Positions 41,191 to 53,384 of a stretch of 64,000 bases of DNA are shown here, piece after piece (within the stretch, counting starts at the first letter, position 1; every line of letters begins with the position of its first letter). This DNA comes from an uncultured Alphaproteobacteria bacterium. Lineage in GTDB: Bacteria; Pseudomonadota; Alphaproteobacteria; ATCC43930; CGMCC-115725. A program made the translations under genes and the position numbers. Under the pieces are notes generated by a model. It did not search any database, was not told the origin of the DNA, and saw only the letters and a list, made by a program, of their open reading frames with translations. The stretch covers positions 42,950 through 106,949 of the forward strand of contig CAVQJJ010000010.1 of NCBI GenBank assembly GCA_963712835.1, given 5' to 3'.

Positions 41191-42218
41191 GGGTGCTCCA
41201 GCGCTTCGGGGAATTTGAGGGTCAGTTCGAGCTGCACTGCGTTGCCCTGGTACCATTGCGGCAGGGGCGGGAACTTGCCGACCGCGCGCACCATCTCCTC
41301 GATGCGTTGGTCGATATCGGCATAGCCCGAGCTGCGGATGATCCCGAGCGGCCCGATCCCGCCATTGTCATACACGACAACCGAAATCACCGTTTCGCCG
41401 TGCCGGTCGCCGACAATCGACATCGGCAGCAAATTCATGTGTTGCCGGGTCAGCGAGACCAGATAGGCAAGGTATTCGTCACGCGACGCCGCGGGCCCGG
41501 CATAGCGCGCGTAATGCTGCGCCTCACGGGGGGTTTCCTCGTGGTGCGGGGTTTGCGCGCCGGACGGCTTCGGCAGCTGGAAGGCCGCTTGATGCTCTTT
41601 GGGCGGCGCGGGTTTCGGCTGCGGCACCGGCGGCGCCTGTTCGGCATTCGCGGTCTGCGTCTGGGGCGGGGTCTGCTGCTGCGGGCCAGCGGCGGGATTC
41701 GGCATCGGGTCGGGTGTCCGGCCGAGATCGGGCGGCTTCACAACGCCCTGATCGGCCGAGGAGAGTGGCCCGCGCGGCGGCACCTCGAATTTGGGCGGCG
41801 GCTTGGGCGGTTGCTGTTGCGGCGGGGGTGGTGGGGGCGGCGGCGGCGGCTCGAACACCAGCTGCACCGGGATCGGCGGCGGCGGCTCGATCATCAGCAG
41901 CGGGAAGACGACGATGCCGATCATCGGCAGCAGATGAAAGAGCAGCGAGACCAGCGGCGAGCGCAGCTCGATCGCCCGGTTCACCATCGCCGGCAATTCC
42001 CAGATCAGCCCCGAGCGCTCGGGGTCGAGCCGCACCGGCTCGTCGAATTCGATAAAAAAAGGCATCGCCGTGAGGCTCGGCTCCGGCCGGTCTTCGTCAT
42101 GCGCCTCGCCGTCGTCGATAGCGATCGCGGGCGCGGCGAAATCGGAATCGTCGGCATCCGCCAACGCGGTTTCGCTGATCGCGATCTCCGGCCAGTCCAA
42201 GGTCTCGCTGAGCGTCAC
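41187..42218 (-). CDS. TonB-like energy-transducer family protein with long acidic N-terminal extension
   Basis: About 95-aa acidic N-terminus, one TM (LLFHLLPMIGIVVFPLLMI), Pro-rich spacer (PPPPPPPPPPQQQPPKPPPK) and a TonB_C-like end (ETVISVVVYDNGGIGPLGIIRSSGYADIDQRIEEMVRAVGKFPPLP). Confidence 0.7.
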   Translation of the reverse strand: MTLSETLDWPEIAISETALADADDSDFAAPAIAIDDGEAHDEDRPEPSLTAMPFFIEFDEPVRLDPERSGLIWELPAMVNRAIELRSPLVSLLFHLLPMIGIVVFPLLMIEPPPPIPVQLVFEPPPPPPPPPPQQQPPKPPPKFEVPPRGPLSSADQGVVKPPDLGRTPDPMPNPAAGPQQQTPPQTQTANAEQAPPVPQPKPAPPKEHQAAFQLPKPSGAQTPHHEETPREAQHYARYAGPAASRDEYLAYLVSLTRQHMNLLPMSIVGDRHGETVISVVVYDNGGIGPLGIIRSSGYADIDQRIEEMVRAVGKFPPLPQWYQGNAVQLELTLKFPEALEHP

Positions 42219-42249
42219 GCCCCTGTAGCCCCCATCCCCCGCGCCGTGC

Positions 42250-44557
<2,308 letters not shown>

Positions 44558-44578
44558 GAAAGAAATGCAGCATCGGCG

Positions 44579-46252
44579 TCATGCGGCTCGCGCCCCGGCG
44601 ATGAGGCTCTTGGCGGCGGCGCGCGCCTCGGCGGTGATCGTCGAACCCGACAGCATGCGGGCGATTTCCTCCTGCCGCGTGTCGGGGTCAAGCTCCTCGA
44701 CGCGGGTGACCGCGCTCTTCTGCGCGTCGAGCTTGGCGACGCGCCAGTGATGCGCGCCGCGCGCCGCGACTTGCGGCGAATGGGTCACCACCAGCACCTG
44801 CAGGCTTGCGCCCAGCCGCTGCAGCCGCTCGCCGACCGCGGCGGCGACCGCGCCGCCGATGCCGCTGTCGACCTCGTCGAAAATCAAGGTCGGTACCGAC
44901 GACACCCCGGCCAGCACCAATTTCAGCGCCAGCAGGAAGCGCGACAGCTCGCCGCCCGAGGCGATGCGCGCCAGCGGACCGAACGGCGCGCCGGGATTGG
45001 TCGCGACCTCGAAGCTCACCCGCTCACTGCCATGCTCGTTCCATTCCGCCTCGGCGAGCGGCGTCAGCACGGTGCGAAACCGCGCCTTGTCGAGCCGCAG
45101 CGGTTTCAGCTCGGCGGCGACCGCCGCGTCGAGCCGTTTCGCCGCTTTCTCGCGCGCCTGCGACACGCGCGAGGCGGCGGCGATGTAACCCTCGCGCAGC
45201 GCCGCGGCCTTTTTCTCCCAGGCGATGGCGCTTTCCGCGCCGGCGTCGATCAGCATGAGGCGTTCGGCGATCTTCTGGCGCAGCAACGGCAGGTCGGCGA
45301 CCGTGATGTTGTGCTTGCGCGCCAGCGCGCGCAGCGAGAACAGCCGCTCCTCGACCTGTTCCAGCACCCGAGGGTCGAGCTCCAGCGATTGCGCCGCGGT
45401 GGAAAGCGCGCCCAGCGCCTCCTCGGTCTCGGTCGCGGCGCGCTCGGCGGCGGCGACCGCGCCATCGAGCAGGCCTTGCGCGCGGTCGGCGGCGCGGGTC
45501 AGCCGGCGCAGCGCCCGCGCCAGCGCCTGCAGCGCGCCGCCCTCGCCGTCGATCTCGCCGACCGCTTCGCGGATCGTCTCGCCCAGCCGTTCGGCGTTTT
45601 GCAGCAGCACGCGGCGCGCCGAGAGCCGGTCTTCCTCGTCGGCTTCGGGCGCCAGCGCGTCGAGCTCGGCGTGCTCGTGGCGCAGCAGATCCTCCTCGGC
45701 CCGGCTTGCGGCGAGCGCCCGCGCCGCTTCCTCGGCTTCCCGCCGCGTGTCGCGCCATGCGCGCCATGCCGTGGCCAGTCCCGCGATGTCGCCATCCGAC
45801 AGCGCATCGAGCAGCTCGCGATGCGTCGCCGGGTCGAACAGCCCGTGCTGCTCGCCCTGGCCCTGGATCTCGACCAGGCTGTCGCCGAGCGCGCGCAGCA
45901 GCGACACGCTGGTCGGCTCGTCATTGACAAAGGCGCGGCTTCGCCCGTCGGCGCCGAGCGTCCGGCGCACGACGATCGACCCCGACAGGTCGGTGGCGAT
46001 GCCGGCGTCGTCGAGGATCGCCGCCGCCGGATGGTTCGCGGTCACCACGAATTCGGCGCTCACCACCGCCTGCTCGGCGCCTGGCCGCACCAGCGTCGCA
46101 TCCGCCCGCCGGCCAATCGCCAAGCCCAGCGCGTCGAGCAAAATCGACTTGCCGGCGCCGGTCTCGCCGGTCAGCACGCACAGTCCCGGCCGAAAGGCGA
46201 GGCTGAGGCGGTCGATCAACACGACGTCCCTGATCGTCAGGCCGAGGAGCAT
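44579..46252 (-). CDS. recN: DNA repair protein RecN
   Basis: LTIRDVVLIDRLSLAFRPGLCVLTGETGAGKSILLDAL (Walker A), C-terminal SGGELSR..LIFDEVD. Confidence 0.95.
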   Translation of the reverse strand: MLLGLTIRDVVLIDRLSLAFRPGLCVLTGETGAGKSILLDALGLAIGRRADATLVRPGAEQAVVSAEFVVTANHPAAAILDDAGIATDLSGSIVVRRTLGADGRSRAFVNDEPTSVSLLRALGDSLVEIQGQGEQHGLFDPATHRELLDALSDGDIAGLATAWRAWRDTRREAEEAARALAASRAEEDLLRHEHAELDALAPEADEEDRLSARRVLLQNAERLGETIREAVGEIDGEGGALQALARALRRLTRAADRAQGLLDGAVAAAERAATETEEALGALSTAAQSLELDPRVLEQVEERLFSLRALARKHNITVADLPLLRQKIAERLMLIDAGAESAIAWEKKAAALREGYIAAASRVSQAREKAAKRLDAAVAAELKPLRLDKARFRTVLTPLAEAEWNEHGSERVSFEVATNPGAPFGPLARIASGGELSRFLLALKLVLAGVSSVPTLIFDEVDSGIGGAVAAAVGERLQRLGASLQVLVVTHSPQVAARGAHHWRVAKLDAQKSAVTRVEELDPDTRQEEIARMLSGSTITAEARAAAKSLIAGARAA

Positions 46253-46354
46253 CCGCGCATTTTACCAGAGGCGCGCGCAGGAATCGTCATGAGGCCGCAC
46301 AAAGCGGCCATCTTTAATCTCATCGCGCCATGCCGGATCGTTGGGCGAGGCGCG

Positions 46355-47317
46355 TTAAGCGCGAATCTCCTGGCGCTGGAACAGCACATAGGCGATCGCG
46401 AAGATGAGGATCGTCGCCGCGATCAGCCCGGTAAGCTGCGGCCAGATCAGCACAAAGCTTTGGCTGACCGGCAACGGCGCCCCAAGCACCGCGCCCTCCA
46501 ATTGGCTCAGCAGCACCGGTCCCAGCGCACGCGTCGCCGGCTGCAAGAGGGCGAGCGCGGTCTCCGCGTAGAGCGTGTTGGGCGAAAGCCGATCGATGAT
46601 CTGCTGGACGTCGAGGTAGATCAGCCGCGGCCCAAGCACGCCCTCGGGCGGGCCGGCGATCAGGCTGGTGACGATCGGCGTGATGATCGACCAGAACAGC
46701 GAAAACAACAGCCACGTGCCGAGCGCCGCCAGCGCCGCTGTCGCCGGCGCGCGGAACAGCACCGAGAACAGCATCGCCACCGCCAGCCACACGCCGCCAT
46801 ACGCGATCGTCGCGACCAGGAAACCGAGCATCCGCACCATTTCCTCGGTGCTCGGCGGCAGGCCGAGGAGCAGCAGCCCCAGGCCCAGCACCAGCAGCCA
46901 CAGCGCCACGAGCGCGATGGTCAGCGACAGCAGCGCACCCAGGAATTTGCCTAGCAGCAGCGCGTCGCGATAGATCGGCTGGGCGAGCACGCGGCTCAAG
47001 GTGCGGCGGTTGAACTCGCCGTTCACCGAATCGAAGGCGAGCGCGATCGCCACCAGCGGAATGAGGAACCCCAACAGCCCGATGAACGAAAACGGCAGCG
47101 GGTCCTCGGTCATTGTCAGCAGGCGCAGGAACAGAAACGGGCTTTCGCCGATCGTCTGACGGATCGCCTGGATCGCCAGATAGGCCGCATAAAGCGCGGT
47201 CAGGAACACCAGCGCTTCGAGGATGCGCATGCGCGCGCTCGACAAATGGTCCGCCGTCTCCTTGGCGACGACGGTGCCGAGGCCGGTCCAAGGCGATCCG
47301 CGCCTACTCGACTTCAT
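46355..47317 (-). CDS. ABC-2 type transporter permease
   Basis: Polytopic, 6 hydrophobic segments. [20 protein letters not shown] is typical of ABC-2 permeases. The ATG at 47317 overlaps the ATPase stop by 14 nt. Confidence 0.78.
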   Translation of the reverse strand: MKSSRRGSPWTGLGTVVAKETADHLSSARMRILEALVFLTALYAAYLAIQAIRQTIGESPFLFLRLLTMTEDPLPFSFIGLLGFLIPLVAIALAFDSVNGEFNRRTLSRVLAQPIYRDALLLGKFLGALLSLTIALVALWLLVLGLGLLLLGLPPSTEEMVRMLGFLVATIAYGGVWLAVAMLFSVLFRAPATAALAALGTWLLFSLFWSIITPIVTSLIAGPPEGVLGPRLIYLDVQQIIDRLSPNTLYAETALALLQPATRALGPVLLSQLEGAVLGAPLPVSQSFVLIWPQLTGLIAATILIFAIAYVLFQRQEIRA

Positions 47318-48245
47318 CGCGCGTCTCCGCGAAATACCGGGCATAAACCTCGTTGAGGCTCGGCGTGGCGTAATGGATGCCGGTCAGCTCGACCCGCTGG
47401 GCCAGGTGCCGGGCGATCGCCGCGCGCAGGTCGCGCTGCCCGTCGACCCGGTAGCGGTCGCCGCCCAGGGGCTGCACGCGGACAGCGCCGGGGATCTCCG
47501 CGAGCAGCTCGGGGACATTGTCGCCGCGCGCCTCGACATCGATCACATAGCCGCCGCCGAGCACTTGCGCGGCAAGCTCGGTCACCGTGCCCGACAAGGC
47601 CAGCTTGCCGCGATTGAACAGCGCCACGCGGTCGCACACGCTTTGCACCTGGTCGAGGTGGTGCGACGACAGCAGCACCGCGGTGCCGTCGGCCTTGAGG
47701 CCGCGGATCATGTCGAGGAATTCCAGCGTCGAATGCGGGTCGAGCGCGGTGGTTGGCTCGTCGAGCACCGCGACGCTCGGCCGCTTCATGAGGATTTCCG
47801 CCAGGCCGAGCCGTTGCCGCATGCCTTGCGAATAGGTCGTGACGCGCGCGTGCGCGACATGCCCCAGCCCGACCCGGTCGAGCGCTGCCTCGAAACGCTC
47901 GTCGATCTCGCGCCGCGTGAGGCCCGCGAGCCGGCCCGTATAGGCAAGATTGTCGCGCGCCGACATGTTCTCGTAAAAGCCGATCTGGTCGGGCAGGTAG
48001 CCGACCCGCCGCTTCACCTCGAGCGGGTCGCGCAACGGGTCGAACCCGGCCACGACCGCCTGGCCGCTGGTCGGCTCGGTCAGGCCCAACAGCATCAGGA
48101 TCGTCGTCGTCTTGCCCGAGCCGTTAGGGCCGAGAATGCCGACGATCTCGCCCGCCGCGACCTCGAAATCGACGTGATCGACCGCGAGGTTCGCGCCGTA
48201 GCGCTTGGTCAGCCCGCGGGCTTCGATAACGGCGTCGCCTGCCAT
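47304..48245 (-). CDS. ABC transporter ATP-binding protein
   Basis: GPNGSGKTT (Walker A), YSQGMRQRL (signature), VAVLDEPT (Walker B). ATG at 48245. Confidence 0.93.
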   Translation of the reverse strand: MAGDAVIEARGLTKRYGANLAVDHVDFEVAAGEIVGILGPNGSGKTTTILMLLGLTEPTSGQAVVAGFDPLRDPLEVKRRVGYLPDQIGFYENMSARDNLAYTGRLAGLTRREIDERFEAALDRVGLGHVAHARVTTYSQGMRQRLGLAEILMKRPSVAVLDEPTTALDPHSTLEFLDMIRGLKADGTAVLLSSHHLDQVQSVCDRVALFNRGKLALSGTVTELAAQVLGGGYVIDVEARGDNVPELLAEIPGAVRVQPLGGDRYRVDGQRDLRAAIARHLAQRVELTGIHYATPSLNEVYARYFAETRDEVE

Positions 48246-48267
48246 CGCGGCCGTCTCCCTCGGCGAT

Positions 48268-49443
48268 CTAGCGGCGGCCGAAGCGGGCGACGGCAAAGAC
48301 GACGACCAGCAACGCGACGGCGATGATCGCGATGCCGATCGCACCCCACAGCGTCGAGGTCAGCACCGTGATGCGGAAATTCGCCGACTCGGAGATACCG
48401 CCGGTCGCGGCGGCGCGCACCGTCATCTGGTAGTCGCCGGCGATCGCCCGCGCCGACGGCGTGATCGTCATCTTGACGTCCTGCGACTTCCCGGCGGCGA
48501 CTTCCGGCACGGTCTTGGGGTCGAACGCGGTCTTCCAGCCTTCGGGTGTGGTCGCCGACAGATCGACGTCGCGCGCCGCCTCGCTGCCGTCATTGTGCAG
48601 CACCACGGTCAGTTGGCTGTCCTGCCCGGCATAAGCCTCTCCGGACAGCCGGCCGCCTTCGCCCGACACCGCGAGGCGGGGCTGGCCAAGAATGGTCAGC
48701 GTCACCGGCAGGTCGGCGCTGGCCTGCTCGGTGCGGGCGTGGATCGTCATCTTGTAGCCGCCGGCCGGGGTCTCGTGCGGCAGGCTTATCGAGGCGTCGA
48801 GATCCTTCGACTTACCGGCCTCGATCGGGATGCTGGTCAGCTGCTGCGAACCGTAGGCTTCGGTAAAATTCACCTGGAAATTCTTCGGCGCGTCGGCGGT
48901 CATGTTGATCGTCGCGTTGCGCCCGCTATCGTTGGTGACCGTTACCCGGTACTTGAAGGCGGTCGTCGAGGTGCCGCGCAAATCCGGGAAATTGGTTGTC
49001 ATTTTCAACTTGGCCGGCACTTCCTGGCCGACCGTCACGGTAATCGGCAGCTTCAGATCCTGGTTGCCGCCCTTCGCTTCGACCGTGAAGCTGTAATTGC
49101 CCTGGCCGGCGCCCGAGGGCGGTTCGAGGCGCAGCTGCAGGCTTTCGTCGGTATCCGGACCGACTTCGATGGCGCCGACCGGCTGGCCGCCGCCGAGCAG
49201 GGTCGCCTTCCAGCCCTGGGCGATTTCCGGCACCGACAGCGCGAATTGCTGGGGCGGCAGCTTGTAGTTGTGGAGCGACAGGTCGACCGTGGTCGTCTCG
49301 CCCGCCTTGACCGTCAGCACCGGGTAGCGCGTCGTCAGAAAGACGCCGCTGATGCCCTGGTTCTGCTCGGCTGCCAGCGCCAAATGGCTCGACGGCCATA
49401 GGCTCGCGACAAGAAAAGCGACAACGACAAGCCGCTTCAGCAT
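48268..49443 (-). CDS. NEW3/CARDB-like repeat protein with signal peptide and C-terminal TM anchor
   Basis: ATG 49443 preceded by AAGGAGGA. Signal [15 protein letters not shown]. Three beta-sandwich-like repeats end in [18 protein letters not shown] and [10 protein letters not shown]-terminal [22 protein letters not shown]. Confidence 0.72.
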   Translation of the reverse strand: MLKRLVVVAFLVASLWPSSHLALAAEQNQGISGVFLTTRYPVLTVKAGETTTVDLSLHNYKLPPQQFALSVPEIAQGWKATLLGGGQPVGAIEVGPDTDESLQLRLEPPSGAGQGNYSFTVEAKGGNQDLKLPITVTVGQEVPAKLKMTTNFPDLRGTSTTAFKYRVTVTNDSGRNATINMTADAPKNFQVNFTEAYGSQQLTSIPIEAGKSKDLDASISLPHETPAGGYKMTIHARTEQASADLPVTLTILGQPRLAVSGEGGRLSGEAYAGQDSQLTVVLHNDGSEAARDVDLSATTPEGWKTAFDPKTVPEVAAGKSQDVKMTITPSARAIAGDYQMTVRAAATGGISESANFRITVLTSTLWGAIGIAIIAVALLVVVFAVARFGRR

Positions 49444-49626
49444 CCGGGATTCCTCCTTACTTTCCCCTGCCTTGAGCCAGCGCCGGAGCGCTGGCGGGCG
49501 GCCCGGCAGGTCCGCGTTTGCTGCGGATTCGAGGGCCGCTTCCTGGTCTTCTCCCAGGGCGGCGCCGGCGGTCACATAGAGCACCGGGCAGCCGACCAAC
49601 ACTTAAGTTTTTGTAATGTAGTTCGG

Positions 49627-49641
49627 GTTCCCCGCCCGTTC
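49627..49641. promoter_or_regulatory. GTTC-N7-GTTC, alphaproteobacterial LexA (SOS) box-like motif
   Basis: GTTCCCCGCCCGTTC overlaps the bamD stop codon, about 185 nt upstream of the NEW3/ABC operon start. The motif alone is expected about once per window by chance. Confidence 0.3.
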
Positions 49642-50467
49642 AGAACAGGCCAAACAGCCATCCTTTGTGCGGCTGGCCCGGCATGTTGTTGCCGGCGACC
49701 AGCGCGTAGGCGTCTTCATACCAATGGCTGCCGGGATAATTGTAGCCCAAAACAGCAGCATTTTCTTTGGCTTCCTTGGTTAATCCCAGCGCCAAGTCGC
49801 ATTCGACGAGGCGCTCCAGCGCCTCTGGCACGTGCGTGGTGGTCTGGTAATTGTCGATGACCCGCTTGAAGCGGTTCATCGCCGCCAGATACTCGCCCTG
49901 CTTCAAATAGTAGCGGCCGATGTCCATCTCCTTGCCGGCGAGATGGTCGTGCGTGAAGTCGAGCTTCAGCTTGGCGTCCTGCGCGTATTTGCTGTCAGGA
50001 AAGCGGCGCACCACGTCTTCGAGCGCCTTGACGGCCTGCTCGGTGGTCTTCTGGTCGCGGCCGACATCGGTGATCTGGATGTAGTAGCAGATCGCCTTCA
50101 CGTAATAGGCGTAGGCGATGTCCTTATTGCCGGGGTGCAGCTGGATGAAGCGGTCGGCGGCGAGGATCGCGTCGTCGAACTTGCCATTGGCGTAATCGGC
50201 ATAGACCGCCATCAGCTGCGCCTTGGTCGCCCATACCGAGTAAGGATGCTGGCTCTCGACCTGGCCGAAGGTCGCGGCGGCCTTGGCGTAGTCGTCGTTG
50301 ACCATTTGGTCCATGGCCGTGTTGTAGAGGTCGTCGACCGGCTTCTCGATATAGGCCTCGTTTTTGTTGCCGCCGCCGCAAGCGGCAAGGGCAAGCAGCA
50401 GTAAACCGGTGCCAAGACGCGACGACACGCGCGCCCGGGAGCACCACGACGAAAACGGCAGAGGCAT
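49640..50467 (-). CDS. bamD: outer membrane protein assembly factor BamD
   Basis: Lipobox LALAACG, TPR-like repeats and YYLKQGEYLAAMNRFKRVIDNY. Position next to lpxC. ATG at 50467. Confidence 0.9.
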   Translation of the reverse strand: MPLPFSSWCSRARVSSRLGTGLLLLALAACGGGNKNEAYIEKPVDDLYNTAMDQMVNDDYAKAAATFGQVESQHPYSVWATKAQLMAVYADYANGKFDDAILAADRFIQLHPGNKDIAYAYYVKAICYYIQITDVGRDQKTTEQAVKALEDVVRRFPDSKYAQDAKLKLDFTHDHLAGKEMDIGRYYLKQGEYLAAMNRFKRVIDNYQTTTHVPEALERLVECDLALGLTKEAKENAAVLGYNYPGSHWYEDAYALVAGNNMPGQPHKGWLFGLF

Positions 50468-50538
50468 CACCGACCCGATTTCAACGTTACCGATAGCGCG
50501 CCGGCTTATAGCACGGATTGTCCGCCTGCCCGAAAGTC

Positions 50539-51465
50539 TCAGGCGCGGGCCCGCTGCCGCCGCTCGGGCCACGCGATGGCCGGCAGGTCGGGGGTATCGG
50601 CAAGCGTCGTCTCGCGCCATGCCTTGGGATCGGCGAATAGCGCCTCGAGCAGCATCCGCGTATGGGCATGTCCTGACCGCAAGCCGCGGAAATGACCGAT
50701 GATCGGTCCACCGGCGAGATACAGATCGCCATACGCGTCGAGCAGCTTATGGCGCACGAACTCGTCGGCGTAGCGCAGGCCGCCGTGGTTCAGCACCCGG
50801 TCGCCACTGATGACGATGGCGTTTTCGAGCGAGCCGCCTTGCACCAGACCGGCCGCCTTCAGGCGCTCGACATCGTCGAGAATGCCGAAGGTGCGCGCGC
50901 GGCTCAACGCGCTGCGGAACGTGTCCGCCTCGAACGCGACCGTCATGTCCTGCGAGCGGATCAGCGGGTTCTCGAACGCGATCTCGAAGCTCATCGAGAA
51001 GCCGTGATCGGGCAGCAGCGCAGCGCTGGCGCCCTGGCAGCGGATTTCGATCGGCTTCAGTACCTTGATCGCGCGCCGCGGCATATCCTGAACGATCGTG
51101 CCGGCCCGGTCGATCATCGCCAGGAATGGCGCGGCGCTGCCATCCATCGCCGGCACCTCGCCGCCATCGAGCTCGATGATCGCGTTGTCGATGCCGCCGC
51201 CGGCGAGCGACGCCATCAAATGCTCGACGGTCCTGATCTCGATGCCTTCGCCGTTCGACAGGATGGTGCACAGCGTGGCGTCGACGGTGTTGGTCCAGAG
51301 CGCCTTGATCTCGGCGCCGGCGTCAACCCGGCGAAAGACGATGCCGGTGCCGGGCGCCGCGGGCAGCAGCCGCATGGTGATGCGCTCGCCGCCGTGCAGG
51401 CCGATGCCGCGGCACGAAACCGCGCTTGCCAGTGTCCGTTGCCGGATGATGCCCTTGTCCCCCAC
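50539..51465 (-). CDS. lpxC: UDP-3-O-acyl-N-acetylglucosamine deacetylase
   Basis: RQRTLASAVSCRGIGLHGG..TVEHLMASLAG..HK..D are LpxC motifs. Start is uncertain: GTG 51465 preceded by GAGAGG, or alternatively TTG 51468 or ATG 51537. Confidence 0.9.
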   Translation of the reverse strand: MGDKGIIRQRTLASAVSCRGIGLHGGERITMRLLPAAPGTGIVFRRVDAGAEIKALWTNTVDATLCTILSNGEGIEIRTVEHLMASLAGGGIDNAIIELDGGEVPAMDGSAAPFLAMIDRAGTIVQDMPRRAIKVLKPIEIRCQGASAALLPDHGFSMSFEIAFENPLIRSQDMTVAFEADTFRSALSRARTFGILDDVERLKAAGLVQGGSLENAIVISGDRVLNHGGLRYADEFVRHKLLDAYGDLYLAGGPIIGHFRGLRSGHAHTRMLLEALFADPKAWRETTLADTPDLPAIAWPERRQRARA

Positions 51466-51600
51466 CAAACGACCTCTCGTGCTCAAAAAATGCAACGTCC
51501 CCGATGCGAAAACTAGCCAATGCCAAAGGGCTGTCACAAATCACTCTTTGTTGCACTTTGTTACATGCGTGGGGCGCGATTTATGCATTTATACCAATAA

Positions 51601-51635
51601 CATAGAATGCCACGCGCAAAGCGTGGCATTCTATG
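51601..51635 (-). terminator. perfect 15-bp hairpin downstream of ftsZ
   Basis: CATAGAATGCCACGC-GCAAA-GCGTGGCATTCTATG lies 38 nt after the ftsZ stop. On the minus strand it is followed by the AT-rich TTATTGGTATAAAT. Confidence 0.5.
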
Positions 51636-51672
51636 GCAACGGAGGTGAGAGGCGCCGCGCGCGGCGAGTCGA

Positions 51673-53199
51673 TCAATTCGCCTGACGGCGCAGGAAGGCT
51701 GGAATATCGAGCAGATCGTCTTCCTTGTTGCTGGCGGCGCGCTCTTCGGGTTCGAGCGGTGTGAGACGCGGCTGGTTCGGGCGCGCGGTAGTATTCGGCA
51801 TGGCTGGCGCCGCGCGCGGCGCGGCGACGGGCGGGGTTGGCGTGGAAGCCGGGGCCGCGGGCGGCGACACGCGCACCCGGCCGACGCCGGTCACGCGCTC
51901 GATGAGACTTGGCCCACGGGCACGCGGCCGGGCCGGCGCCTCGGCGGCCGGCGGTATGGCCGGATGGGCGAGGGGCACCTGGCGTGGCGTGCCCGGGTCG
52001 ACCGGCTTTGGGGCGATAAAGGCGCCGCTGCGCACAGCGGCGGTTTCCGCCGCTTCGGCGGCCGGCGGGGCCGGCGCCGCCGGTGCGGCGGGCGGCGGGC
52101 GCAACTCGGCGCGCGGCGGCGTTGGGATGGCGTTTTGGGTCAGCATCGGCTGCGTGTAGCCGGTCCGCAGCGCCGCGCCCGGCTCGGGCATGCGGGTCGC
52201 CAATGTCGGCGCGCGCTCGCCTTGCGGGGGGCCCTCGCCGTCGATACCGGTGGCGACGACCGAGATGCGCATTTTACCCTGCAGCTTCTCGTCGAAGGTC
52301 GAGCCGAAAATGATGTTGGCGTTGGGATCGACCTCCTCGCGCACGCGATTGGCCGCCTCGTCGACCTCGAACAGGGTCATGTCGAGGCCGCCGGTGATGT
52401 TGATGAGCACGCCGCGCGCGCCCTTCATCGACACGTCTTCGAGCAGCGGGTTGGAGATCGCCGCCTCGGCCGCGTCGACCGCGCGGCGTTCGCCCTCGGC
52501 CTCGCCAGTGCCCATCATCGCCTTGCCCATCTCGCTCATCACCGTGCGGATATCGGCGAAATCGAGATTGATGAGGCCCGGCATCACCATCAGGTCGGTG
52601 ACCCCGCGCACGCCGGCGTGGAGCACGTCGTCGGCCATCTTGAAGGCGTCGGCGAAGGTGGTGCGCTCGTTGGCGACCCGGAACAAATTCTGGTTCGGGA
52701 TGATGATCAGCGTGTCGACGAATTTCTGCAGTTCCTCGATCCCCGCCTCGGCGGTGCGCATCCGGTGGACGCCCTCGAAATGGAACGGCTTGGTGACGAC
52801 GCCGACCGTCAAAATCCCGGATTCGCGCGCGATGCGCGCGATGACCGGCGCCGCGCCGGTGCCGGTGCCGCCACCCATTCCGCCGGTGATGAACACCATG
52901 TTCGAGCCTTGCAGCGATTCGAGGATGTCGTCGATCGCCTCCTCGGCCGCGGCGCGGCCGACATCGGGCCGCGACCCGGCGCCCAGCCCGCGCGTCACGC
53001 CGATGCCCAATTGAATCTTGCGCGGCGCCGTCGACAGCTGCAGCGATTGCGCGTCGGTGTTGCAGGCAATGAACTCACAGCCGACGAGGTTGGAGCGGAT
53101 CATGTTATTGACCGCGTTGCCGCCGGCGCCCCCGACCCCGATGACGGTAATGCGGGGCTTAAGCTCCAGCTCGTCTTTCGGGATGCTCAAATTAATCAT
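51673..53199 (-). CDS. ftsZ: cell division protein FtsZ
   Basis: [27 protein letters not shown], a long Pro/Ala-rich linker and C-terminal [18 protein letters not shown] 53199 preceded by GGAGGG. Confidence 0.97.
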   Translation of the reverse strand: MINLSIPKDELELKPRITVIGVGGAGGNAVNNMIRSNLVGCEFIACNTDAQSLQLSTAPRKIQLGIGVTRGLGAGSRPDVGRAAAEEAIDDILESLQGSNMVFITGGMGGGTGTGAAPVIARIARESGILTVGVVTKPFHFEGVHRMRTAEAGIEELQKFVDTLIIIPNQNLFRVANERTTFADAFKMADDVLHAGVRGVTDLMVMPGLINLDFADIRTVMSEMGKAMMGTGEAEGERRAVDAAEAAISNPLLEDVSMKGARGVLINITGGLDMTLFEVDEAANRVREEVDPNANIIFGSTFDEKLQGKMRISVVATGIDGEGPPQGERAPTLATRMPEPGAALRTGYTQPMLTQNAIPTPPRAELRPPPAAPAAPAPPAAEAAETAAVRSGAFIAPKPVDPGTPRQVPLAHPAIPPAAEAPARPRARGPSLIERVTGVGRVRVSPPAAPASTPTPPVAAPRAAPAMPNTTARPNQPRLTPLEPEERAASNKEDDLLDIPAFLRRQAN

Positions 53200-53384
53200 C
53201 GTACCCTCCACGCCGTGCGCGGTTGCTGTCCCCTTCCGGCCCGGTGCCGGCTCCCCCGTTCGATGGCCGCCGATCCTAACCGGATCGGCTCTGTCCCCCG
53301 ACGCCATCCCTTCGGCATTCCGCCAACTCTACGCGATTTGCCGCAAACGCCATACCCGGAGCCAGGAAAAAATCGAACCCAGTT

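Noticed and set aside
46253-46354. Searched for a LexA box and a terminator directly upstream of recN. Found only a 6-bp hairpin, GGCCGC-acaaa-GCGGCC (about 46293-46309).
   Set aside because: There is no GTTC or GAAC repeat, and the hairpin is short and lacks a U-tract on either strand.
49603-49617. CtrA-box-like TTAAGTTTTTGTAAT (TTAA-N7-TAAT).
   Set aside because: It has one mismatch in the second half-site, it is the only such site in the window, and it lies in an AT-rich spacer where such matches arise easily. It is kept only as a note.
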